Assembly (NCBI GenBank): GCA_963733285.1
Contig: CAVTDA010000172.1
Location: forward strand, 6,070 to 70,069
Length of the DNA stretch: 64,000 nucleotides
DNA from: an uncultured Acidobacteriota bacterium
GTDB lineage: Bacteria; Acidobacteriota; Terriglobia; UBA7540
Reading direction: 5' to 3'
The notes under the pieces were generated by a model, which was given only the letters and a program-made list of their open reading frames with translations, made no database searches and was not told the origin of the DNA. Positions 41,877 to 49,302 of the stretch are shown piece by piece (within the stretch, counting starts at the first letter, position 1; every line of letters starts with the position of its first letter). Made by a program: the position numbers and the translations under genes.

Positions 41877-43427
41877 ATGTTAGATACAGATACCAAACGC
41901 CGCATTGATACCGCCCGTGACATCCTTGTCGGCAAAGTCCCCGACCCCAAGAGCCAGGTGGAACAAATCACCATTGCCCTGATCTACAAGTTCATGGACG
42001 ATATGGACGCCGAGGCGGAGGAATTTGGCGGCAAGCGCAAGTTTTTTGCCAAAGAATTCGCCCGCTACGGCTGGGCCAAGCTCATGCGTTCCGGCCTGGG
42101 TGGGCACGAGACCCTGAATCTCTACGCCGAGGCCATCACCAAAATGCCGGAGAATCCTGGCATCCCACTGCTCTTCCGCGAGATTTTCAAGAACGCCTAC
42201 CTGCCCTACCGCGACCCTGAAACGCTCAAGATGTTTCTGAAGGTGATCGATGAATTCACTTACGACCACAGCGAACGCCTTGGCGACGCCTTTGAATATT
42301 TGCTTTCGGTGCTGGGTTCGCAGGGCGATGCGGGACAATTCCGGACGCCACGACACATTATTGACTTCATCGTGCAGATCGTTGACCCGAAGAAGACGGA
42401 AACGGTTCTGGACCCTGCCTGCGGCACCGCCGGGTTCCTCATCTCCGCCTACAAACACATCCTCGCTGCGAATAGAACGAACATGGATAAGCAGGATGGA
42501 CAGGATAAGAGGAAAAAGGAACAGCAAAAGGACAGAACAAAAACGGACAAACAGAATGCGCAGAGTGAAGCCCTATCATCCTGTTCATCCAGTCCATCCA
42601 TGTTAGAACCGCAGGAAGAAGCCCAATTATCTTGTTCATCCAGTGCATCCATGTTCAATTCTTCTTTAACGCCCGACGAAAAGGGCCGATTGGCAAAGAA
42701 TTTCACCGGGTACGACATCTCGCCCGACATGGTGCGTCTGTCGCTGGTGAACCTGTATCTGCACGGCTTCGCCGCTCCGCACATCGCGGAATACGACACC
42801 CTGACCAGCCAGGACAAATGGAATGAGTATGCTGACGTGATTCTGGCCAACCCGCCGTTCATGTCGCCGAAAGGCGGCATCAAGCCCCACAACCGGTTTT
42901 CCGTGCAGTCGAAGCGCAGCGAAGTGCTGTTTGTGGATTACATGGCCGAGCACCTGACGCCCTCGGGGCGCGCTGGCATCATCGTGCCCGAAGGCATCAT
43001 CTTCCAGAGCCAGACCGCCTACACGCAGCTCCGCAAGCTGCTTGTGGACCAGTATCTGGTGGCCGTCGTTTCGCTCCCGGCGGGGGTGTTCAATCCTTAT
43101 TCCGGGGTTAAGACCTCGATCCTGATTCTGGACAAGTCGCTGGCCAAGAAATCGAGCACCATCGGCTTCTTCAAGGTTGAGAACGACGGCTTCGGCCTCG
43201 GCGCACAGCGGCGCGAGATTGAGAAGAACGATTTGCCGCAAGTCTTGGCGGAAATTGACGAATATCTGAGGCGCCTGCGCGCCGGCGAATCGGCAGAGGA
43301 CTTCCAGCCAACATTGGGCCTAATTGTGGCGAAAGAGAAGATCGCCGCCAACCGCGATCTGATCGTCCGCTTCGAGAAAAAGATCCAAGCCACCCTGGCC
43401 CGTGTCTGGGGGGAAGCGGCAGGCTAA
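41877..43427 (+). CDS. hsdM: type I R-M DNA methyltransferase subunit (HsdM) carrying an in-frame repeat insertion and an atypical C-terminal tail
   Basis: HsdM_N-like start, AdoMet motif VLDPACGTAGFL (about 42408-42443), catalytic NPPF (42849-42860), and …VENDGFGLGAQRREIEKNDL…. The segment NMDKQDGQDKRKKEQQKDRTKTDKQNAQSEALSSCSSSPSMLEPQEEAQLSCSSSASMF is low-complexity and repeat-derived. Confidence 0.85.
   Translation: MLDTDTKRRIDTARDILVGKVPDPKSQVEQITIALIYKFMDDMDAEAEEFGGKRKFFAKEFARYGWAKLMRSGLGGHETLNLYAEAITKMPENPGIPLLFREIFKNAYLPYRDPETLKMFLKVIDEFTYDHSERLGDAFEYLLSVLGSQGDAGQFRTPRHIIDFIVQIVDPKKTETVLDPACGTAGFLISAYKHILAANRTNMDKQDGQDKRKKEQQKDRTKTDKQNAQSEALSSCSSSPSMLEPQEEAQLSCSSSASMFNSSLTPDEKGRLAKNFTGYDISPDMVRLSLVNLYLHGFAAPHIAEYDTLTSQDKWNEYADVILANPPFMSPKGGIKPHNRFSVQSKRSEVLFVDYMAEHLTPSGRAGIIVPEGIIFQSQTAYTQLRKLLVDQYLVAVVSLPAGVFNPYSGVKTSILILDKSLAKKSSTIGFFKVENDGFGLGAQRREIEKNDLPQVLAEIDEYLRRLRAGESAEDFQPTLGLIVAKEKIAANRDLIVRFEKKIQATLARVWGEAAG
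42480..42655 (+). mobile_element. MITE-like element (about 175 bp) inserted in frame within hsdM
   Basis: Forward repeat F3 42480-42506 aacatggataagcaggatggacaggat, then inverted copies R3 42578-42604 and R4 42629-42655 (…catccatgtt). The F3-R3 spacing (125 bp) is similar to the units downstream of hsdM (118 bp). Confidence 0.7.
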
Positions 43428-43948
43428 ACATGGATAAACAGGATGCACAGGATAGGCAAAAGACTGAGAAAGAAAGGTTCTGGCAGAAAGCCTTGTGCCC
43501 CTGGGTGCCTTTCCTTTATCCTGTCCATCCTGTCCATCCATGTTAAGAATGAAAAAGATCCAAGCCACCCTCGCCCGTGTCTGGGAGAGAGGCTAAACAT
43601 GGATAAACAGGATGCACAGGATAGGCAAAAGACTGAGAAAGAAAAGTTCTGGCAGAAAGCCTTGTGCCCCTGGGTGCCTTTCCTTTATCCTGTCCATCCT
43701 GTCCATCCATGTAAGAATGAAAAAAATCCAAGCCACCCTCGCCCGTGTCTGGGGGGAGAGACAGGCTAAACATGGATAAACAGGATGCATCAGGATAGGC
43801 AAAAGACTGAGAAAGAAAAGTTCTGGCAGAAAGCCTTATGCCCCTGGGGGCCTTTCCTTTATCCTGTCCATCCTGTCCATCCATGTTAAGAATGAAAAAG
43901 ATCCAAGCCACTCTCGCCCGCGTCGGGGGCGAAGCGAGCGAAGCCTAG
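43377..43948 (+). repeat. tandem array (three full units plus a final tail-only copy, unit about 168-175 bp), each unit made of an hsd 3' tail segment plus a MITE-like element
   Basis: aagatccaagccac(c/t)ct(g/c)gcccg(t/c)gtc… recurs at about 43380, 43556, 43724 and 43899. The first three copies are each followed by a forward (F) and an inverted (R) copy of the 27-bp repeat: F4/R5 (43427-43544), F5/R6 (43596-43712), F6/R7 (43769-43887). Confidence 0.85.
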
Positions 43949-43988
43949 CAAAGAGATTCCGTATTGGTTTTAGCCTTTAACTTCCCAA

Positions 43989-44014
43989 ATCCTGTCCATC
44001 CTGTTCATCCATGT
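43989..44014 (-). repeat. solo inverted copy (R8) of the 27-bp repeat
   Basis: atcctgtccatcctgttcatccatgt, 14 nt from the lactonase stop codon. Confidence 0.75.
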
Positions 44015-44027
44015 AAATAAGCCGTTC

Positions 44028-45209
44028 TTAGTGCTTGTCCACCGGGACGAATAGGACGCAGGTGGGCGACGGGCAATCCTCCTTCTGCCCGGTCGGAGTC
44101 AATCGCCCGGTCGCGGGGTCAACGCGAAACACCACGAGCGAGCCGGATTCCTGATTCGCGGCGATCAGGTAATGGCCGGAGGGGTCGAGCGCGAAATTGC
44201 GCGGCGTCTTGCCTTCGGTGGAAACGTATTCGACCGGCGTCAAGGTTCCCTTCTGCGCGTCCACGGCGAAAACCGCAATGCTGTCATCGCCACGATTCGA
44301 GCCGTAAAGAAAGCGTCCATTGGGATGGATAAAGATTTCCGCGCTGGTGCTCTTGCCCTTGAAATCGGGCGGCAAGGCGGAAACCGTCTGAATCGCGTGC
44401 AGATTCCCCTTGGCCGCGTCGTAGGCAAACGCGGTAATGGTGGACGCCATCTCCTGAATCACGTATCCGAACCGGCCCTGGGCGTCAAAGGCGAAGTGGC
44501 GCGGCCCGCTCCCCGGAGCCACCCGGACGAAAGGCGGATCGTTGGGCGCGAGCGTGCCCTTGCCCGCATCGAAGCGGTAGAGGTAAATCTGGTCGGTGCC
44601 CAAATCGGCGGAGACGGCAAAGCGGTTGTCGGGCGAGAAATAGACCGAATGCGCGTGCGGCTCCTTCTGGCGGCCTGCGTCCACGCTGTGGCCCGTGTGC
44701 GGCAACACCACCAGGGCCTTGCCCAGGCGGCCGCCGCTCACGATGGGGAATAGGGCTACACTGCCCGCTCCGTAATTGGCCGCCAGGATAAAGCGCCCGG
44801 TCTTGTCGATGGCTAGATGTGTAGGCCCACTACCCCCTGAATCCACCCGGTTCAGCAGGCTCAGCCGCCCCGACGCGCGGTCGATGAAAAACGCGCTCAG
44901 GCTCCCCGTGCTCCGCCCCTCGTAGTTTCCGATCTCGTCCACTGCGTAAACGTGTCTACGCGACGGGTCGACAACCAAAAACCCCGGATTGTCCGCCTCC
45001 GCCCCCACCCCCAGCGGCGCGAGTTTTCCCGTGGCCGCCGAGAACCTATAAAGATAAATGCCCTGGCTCTTGCCTCCGGTGTTGGTGCCGATATAGACGA
45101 ACGCGTCGCCCGCGCGCGATGGCTGATCGGCGGCGCGCACACTTGAGGTTGCAAAGCTAGTCGCAATGATGGCGGCAACAATGAGGATGGATCGAATCAG
45201 TTTTTTCAT
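44028..45209 (-). CDS. lactonase, 7-bladed beta-propeller (6-phosphogluconolactonase-like), secreted
   Basis: Signal peptide MKKLIRSILIVAAIIATSFATSSVRA. Repeated blades (…GSGPRHFAFD…, …GKTPRNFALDPSGHYLIAANQESGSLVVFRVD…) are typical of the Lactonase (PF10282) family. Confidence 0.8.
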   Translation of the reverse strand: MKKLIRSILIVAAIIATSFATSSVRAADQPSRAGDAFVYIGTNTGGKSQGIYLYRFSAATGKLAPLGVGAEADNPGFLVVDPSRRHVYAVDEIGNYEGRSTGSLSAFFIDRASGRLSLLNRVDSGGSGPTHLAIDKTGRFILAANYGAGSVALFPIVSGGRLGKALVVLPHTGHSVDAGRQKEPHAHSVYFSPDNRFAVSADLGTDQIYLYRFDAGKGTLAPNDPPFVRVAPGSGPRHFAFDAQGRFGYVIQEMASTITAFAYDAAKGNLHAIQTVSALPPDFKGKSTSAEIFIHPNGRFLYGSNRGDDSIAVFAVDAQKGTLTPVEYVSTEGKTPRNFALDPSGHYLIAANQESGSLVVFRVDPATGRLTPTGQKEDCPSPTCVLFVPVDKH

Positions 45210-45441
45210 GCCCCCTATGAAACAGCATTCCGCGGTCAGAGTGCAAGAGAGACTTTTGGGTTCACTTTAATTGTGAATTTGGCGGGCTTGTCGTAAGGCC
45301 GGTCTCGTAAGGTGCCAGGCCAATATCTAAACAGGGTATCCAATTAGGAATCTCTACGCCCCGAGCCTGAGGTAGTGCCTGGAGGGGAATTTTGGGGTTC
45401 CCCTCCTGTCGAGCCGCGTTGCAGGGTCGTGCAGCGGGGTG

Positions 45442-46090
45442 CTACTGGAGATCGGTCTGGCCGCGCGCGCCGGCATCGACCTTGACGCTGGAATTCGAAC
45501 CAACCTTTGTGCTCGTCTGCGTGGTTGCACTCGTCTGCGTGTTCGAGTTCGCTTTCGCGCCTGAATTTGTATCTGGCGTGTTCGCCCACACTCGCCTCAG
45601 TCCGCGTGCTCGTGCTGATATTTCCTTTAGATCCAGTTTGGAAGGAGCTCTTGCCGGCTGAACTCACATTGGAATTCGCTTCCACATTCTTGGTGCTGGC
45701 GCTCGATTCCATCTTGGCCTGAGTGTTCGACTTCGCCGTCAGCGACGCCTTCTCGTGCCGTTTTTGGTGCTTCGCATTGACGCTGGCATTGGCAGAGGCA
45801 GAAGAGTTTTCGTGGGCTTTAAGTTTGGTTTTTTTCTTGCCGCTCAATTGCGCTTGAGCGGCGTTGGTAGTTTGCGAATGAGTTTGCATCGTTCCGGGTT
45901 GATCATCACCGATGCCGGTGTGGGTGCGGCTGAGCGTCGAATTCGAGATTTCCGAAGGGCCCGCACCGAGATCGCCTCCGCCGCGCGAAACGGGGCCTAC
46001 GGTGCCGCGCACGAGTTGCGCCCAAGCTGGCACGGTTAACCCGATCGAGAGAATCAAACCTGATGACAGAGTCGCGAGAGCCTTTTTCAT
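45442..46090 (-). CDS. secreted low-complexity Ser/Thr/Asn/Ala/Lys-rich protein, one frame break near 45575
   Basis: ATG at 46090 with signal peptide MKKALATLSSGLILSIGLTVPAWA. After the break the composition continues as …ANTPDTNSGAKANSNTQTSATTQTSTKVGSNSSVKVDAGARGQTDLQ (stop 45442-45444). Confidence 0.45.
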
Positions 46091-46288
46091 AGTGGCTAAA
46101 CCCCCCAATGATCGAATTTCCCGGCCACCCGTGATGGTGCAAGGAATGTGCCAAAATGTCCGAATGCGGGCTTGTTGAGCTAAGAGGAATGGATTTGAAG
46201 ATGTTAAGAATGTAATAGTTGCAGGGTATTAATTCCGATGTGACTAGGAATGACGCGCAGTTTTTACATCAATGCGGGTAGGAATGGA

Positions 46289-46304
46289 TGTTTCACGTGG
46301 AACA
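46289..46304. other. parS (ParB-binding centromere-like) site
   Basis: tgtttcacgtggaaca has one mismatch to the 16-bp palindromic consensus TGTTNCACGTGAAACA. Confidence 0.7.
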
Positions 46305-46495
46305 TCCTCCTTTGTAGGCCATTCTTACTGAAATCGGAGGAGAATGAATCGTACGGGGCGGTGTTGCCACGGTTTTTTCGGGTGTAAGCTCAGTTTTTTG
46401 TGTGTAAAACCAAGCTTCTAATTGATTCGCCGAAGTGCTGGGTCCCAACCGAATTGATCGAGCCGATGACTATAGAGATTTTGGCCCGATGGCGA

Positions 46496-46511
46496 TGTTC
46501 CACATGGAACA
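46496..46511. other. parS-like site (degenerate centre)
   Basis: tgttccacatggaaca has CACATG instead of CACGTG at the centre. The arms are conserved. Confidence 0.5.
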
Positions 46512-46599
46512 TGATCTCATCGCGTCCATTTTCCTCCTCTGAGCGATTCAGAATGCGTTTGCCTGAGTGAATTCAGTGTGGTGCAGCCAGGTAGGACGA

Positions 46600-46615
46600 T
46601 GTTTCACGTGAAACA
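46600..46615. other. parS site, perfect palindrome
   Basis: tgtttcacgtgaaaca matches the consensus at every position. Confidence 0.8.
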
Positions 46616-46705
46616 TCCCCTGTTTTGCCGATTTCTTCGCGAAGGGAGTGCCCACATGCCAGCCGTGTGAAACGTGTCCCCGCCTGAAGCCTCATTGCGC
46701 AAACG

Positions 46706-46790
46706 CCCAACCCAATCCCCGCGCCCCAACCCCCAAACCCAAGACCCCAATCCCAATGCCCCAGTCCCGAAGCCCGCTCCCCTTCTCCCT
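46706..46790. repeat. C-tract-rich low-complexity stretch (G-quadruplex-prone on the minus strand)
   Basis: At least 12 runs of C3-C5 separated by 1-5 nt (cccaacccaatccccgcgccccaacccccaaacccaagaccccaatcccaatgccccagtccc…), directly upstream of rsmG. Confidence 0.6.
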
Positions 46791-46827
46791 CCTTGCGCCT
46801 CTGCTGCAAACGCTTTAAAATCCCCCC

Positions 46828-47478
46828 GTGCTCAATGAAACGCGCCTGCGCCTGCTCTTGGAACCGTTTGGACTCGACTTGGCACCACTCCAGGCCCGCC
46901 AAACGCTTGCCTATCTCGATCTGCTGATGCGCTGGAACGCCAAAATCAACCTAACGGCGATCCGGAATCCGGAAGAGGCTGTCACCCGCCACTTCGGCGA
47001 AAGTCTGTTCATTTCCAAGCAAATCCAGTTGGCCGGCAGCCTTCTCGATATTGGATCTGGTGCCGGATTCCCTGGTCTCGCCCTTAAGATCGTCTTTCCT
47101 GAGCTGTCCGTGACCCTTTTGGAGCCCATCGCCAAGAAGCGAGCTTTTCTGAAGGAGGCGGCGCGCGTCTGCGGTTTCAGCCGGGTGGACGTCCGCGGTG
47201 AGCGACTGGAACTGATCGCCGCTGACCATTCCCCACTTGCTTATGATTTTGCCACCATGCGCGCCGTCGGCAGCCTCTCAACGCACGTCCCGTTGGCGGC
47301 GAAGTCTCTCAGGCCAGGTGGAAAAATCCTGCTCTGGGTTAGCCGCGAGCAAGGGACGTCTCTGGCCAGAATTAGCTCCGGACTGACCTGGACTGATCAA
47401 TTGGCGATTCCTCTTTCTAGAACCACCGAGATTTGGTGTGGGCAAAAGGCAGAACCCACTGAGATAACGACGTCTTGA
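46828..47478 (+). CDS. rsmG: 16S rRNA (guanine527-N7)-methyltransferase RsmG (GidB)
   Basis: …LAYLDLLMRWNAKINLTAIRNPEEAVTRHFGESL…LLDIGSGAGFPGLALKIVFPEL…VTLLEPIAKKRAFL… is the classic RsmG pattern. GTG start. Confidence 0.85.
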   Translation: MLNETRLRLLLEPFGLDLAPLQARQTLAYLDLLMRWNAKINLTAIRNPEEAVTRHFGESLFISKQIQLAGSLLDIGSGAGFPGLALKIVFPELSVTLLEPIAKKRAFLKEAARVCGFSRVDVRGERLELIAADHSPLAYDFATMRAVGSLSTHVPLAAKSLRPGGKILLWVSREQGTSLARISSGLTWTDQLAIPLSRTTEIWCGQKAEPTEITTS

Positions 47479-47886
47479 AACCAGATGATCCCAGGCAAGC
47501 TGCCGAAAATTTCCGAATTTGTAGCCAAATTTTCCTCCCGGGGGTTGCCCCGCGGGCTCGAATGGCCCACTTTAACATATTAGGCTACAACACTTGCCTA
47601 CATAAAGCGAGGGGCGGAGCGGGATCAGGCGTGCCAATACGCGGGATAGCCGCTGAATTCGCGGCTTTTTCCGCACGCGTGGCTGGAATTTACTCCGCCC
47701 ACGGGAACGATCGACAAAATCATCAGCGATCTCTCGAGGGTGGGTAACTGCTCCGCGCGGGCGAGTCATCAAGGCCTCTCGATCATCAAACTGAATAGGG
47801 AACCCGTCTGATGGAAAAACTGGCAAAAGCCCCGTCGTCGGCATAGAATCTGACGGGGCGTCCGCAATCAAAGAGGAGGCACGCAT

Positions 47887-48366
47887 ATGGCGACGGAGAA
47901 AGCCACGTTCGGTGCGGGATGTTTTTGGGGAGTGGAGGCGGCGTTTCGCCAGATTCCGGGCGTGATTTCCACCGCCGTGGGATATGAGGGCGGCGAGATA
48001 AAGAATCCCACCTACCGCGACGTTTGCACGGACCAGACGGGTCACGCGGAAGTGGTTGAAGTCACCTTCGATCCGGCAAAGGTTTCCTACAACGACATGC
48101 TCAAAACGTTTTGGGAGAATCACGACCCCACGCAATTCAACCGGCAGGGGCCTGACTATGGACGGCAATACCGCAGCGCCATCTTCTTCCACTCGCCGGA
48201 GCAGGAGGCCGCTGCGCGCGCCTCAAAGGAAGCGCTCGACAAGTCGGGAGTGTTTAAGCGAAAGATCGTGACGGAAATTTCTCCGGCGAAGGAATTCTGG
48301 CGCGCGGAGGAATATCATCAGCAGTATCTGGAAAAACGCGGCATGGCAAGCTGCCACATTAAGTGA
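47887..48366 (+). CDS. msrA: peptide-methionine (S)-S-oxide reductase MsrA
   Basis: GCFWGVE active-site motif near the N-terminus, …[11 protein letters not shown]…, …EYHQQYLEK…. Confidence 0.9.
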   Translation: MATEKATFGAGCFWGVEAAFRQIPGVISTAVGYEGGEIKNPTYRDVCTDQTGHAEVVEVTFDPAKVSYNDMLKTFWENHDPTQFNRQGPDYGRQYRSAIFFHSPEQEAAARASKEALDKSGVFKRKIVTEISPAKEFWRAEEYHQQYLEKRGMASCHIK

Positions 48367-48404
48367 GGATCGCCATCCTGCCGTTCTTTTCATGGGCCCG
48401 GGGC

Positions 48405-48659
48405 TTATTCCTTTTGTATATGCGCCGAGTCGGCGCGGCGGACTAGCTCGACGGCACTGAGGATGCCAAATCCGAGCAATATCAAGATAGAAAGGAAGGA
48501 AATTACCTTTCCCCAAAAACTATGATGCAGGCTCGCGTTACCCAGCCACTCAAGGTCTTCGGTATCCATACCGCTCATGAATGAGAAAGTGATGCAAATG
48601 AAGGCCAAGCCTCGGGACGAGGTTTCTTTCATGCTGAAAAAGCTCATGTTGGCCTCCAC
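48405..48659 (-). CDS. small hypothetical membrane protein
   Basis: 84-aa ORF with two hydrophobic segments. I recognise no domain. Confidence 0.3.
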   Translation of the reverse strand: MEANMSFFSMKETSSRGLAFICITFSFMSGMDTEDLEWLGNASLHHSFWGKVISFLSILILLGFGILSAVELVRRADSAHIQKE

Positions 48660-48909
48660 AAATCAGACATTCTACCGCGAACCGCCGCGGCACTCAACCT
48701 CGCGGACCTCGCGGACATCGAACGATTGGGAAACAAATTGAATGCACCGGGCCTGCGTGTGATTGCGAAATTCATCGACAAGGTTGCGACACATTCGTGA
48801 AACCCAATGCCTGCGTCAACTGAGAACAGCCAATCAAGTAAGTGCCGACCCCAGCGCGGGTTGCTGGCGATTGATCTCGGGTGTATACTTTTTTTATTCA
48901 GGTGGGAAC

Positions 48910-49092
48910 ATGAGCCCTACAGACCTCAGTCAACTCGTTTTAGAGCTTTCGCCCGAGGAGCGATCCGCGGTGGAAGAATTCATCACCTTCCTGAAGCAGC
49001 GCGATGGGAAATTCCCGCAAACCTCTTTCCATGCGGCGATCGATGAATTCATTGCCGCTCATCCTGAGTTGCTCCGACGCCTCGCCCAGTGA
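48910..49092 (+). CDS. putative antitoxin (small helical protein upstream of the Doc remnant)
   Basis: ATG at 48910, 60 aa (MSPTDLSQLVLELSPEERSAVEEFITFLKQRDG…). Its stop overlaps the start of the next ORF (GTGATG at 49089-49094). Confidence 0.4.
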   Translation: MSPTDLSQLVLELSPEERSAVEEFITFLKQRDGKFPQTSFHAAIDEFIAAHPELLRRLAQ

Positions 49093-49283
49093 TGCTTTAC
49101 CCTTCCCTCGCTGATGTGCTCGCAGCTCACGGGAGTCTGATCATCCTGTCTGGTGGGGCAAAGGGCATCCGCGACGATGACCTCGATGCCTATCATTTCC
49201 TAATGCAGCTTTATGATAGCAACCAGTTTTGCTGGGAACGGTTCGAGCCCTGGCTCCGGCATCACGCCAAGCCTGCCCTCTGA
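49089..49283 (+). pseudogene. Doc/Fic-family toxin remnant lacking the Fic core
   Basis: The N-terminus LADVLAAHGSLIILSGGAKGIRDDDL matches the Doc start (…H..li…GG..GiRD…). The ORF then ends after 64 aa with no HxFxDGNKR motif. Confidence 0.45.
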
Positions 49284-49302
49284 CATCGCCAGGAGATGCA
49301 CG

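Noticed and set aside
43427-44014. Regularly spaced 27-bp repeats behind hsdM that might be taken for a CRISPR array
   Set aside because: The repeats alternate in orientation (forward and inverted pairs). The intervening sequences are near-identical between units rather than unique spacers. No cas genes are present. It is a tandem array of MITE-like units.
38016-44038. Integrase, transposase or recombinase gene that would explain mobility of the R-M island
   Set aside because: I searched all six frames of the island and its flanks by eye and found no ORF with tyrosine- or serine-recombinase or DDE-transposase-like motifs. The absence is therefore noted rather than a feature called.
46573-46902. 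109-aa minus-strand ORF overlapping the rsmG start
   Set aside because: Its central part (…WDWGLGFGGWGAGIGLGV…) is just the translation of the C-tract low-complexity DNA. It overlaps the rsmG 5' end and a parS site.
47831-47867. Hairpin gccccgtc…gacggggc just upstream of msrA, terminator-like on the minus strand (followed there by TTTT)
   Set aside because: No credible minus-strand gene ends here. It may be a 5'-UTR structure of msrA, but the evidence is insufficient to annotate it.
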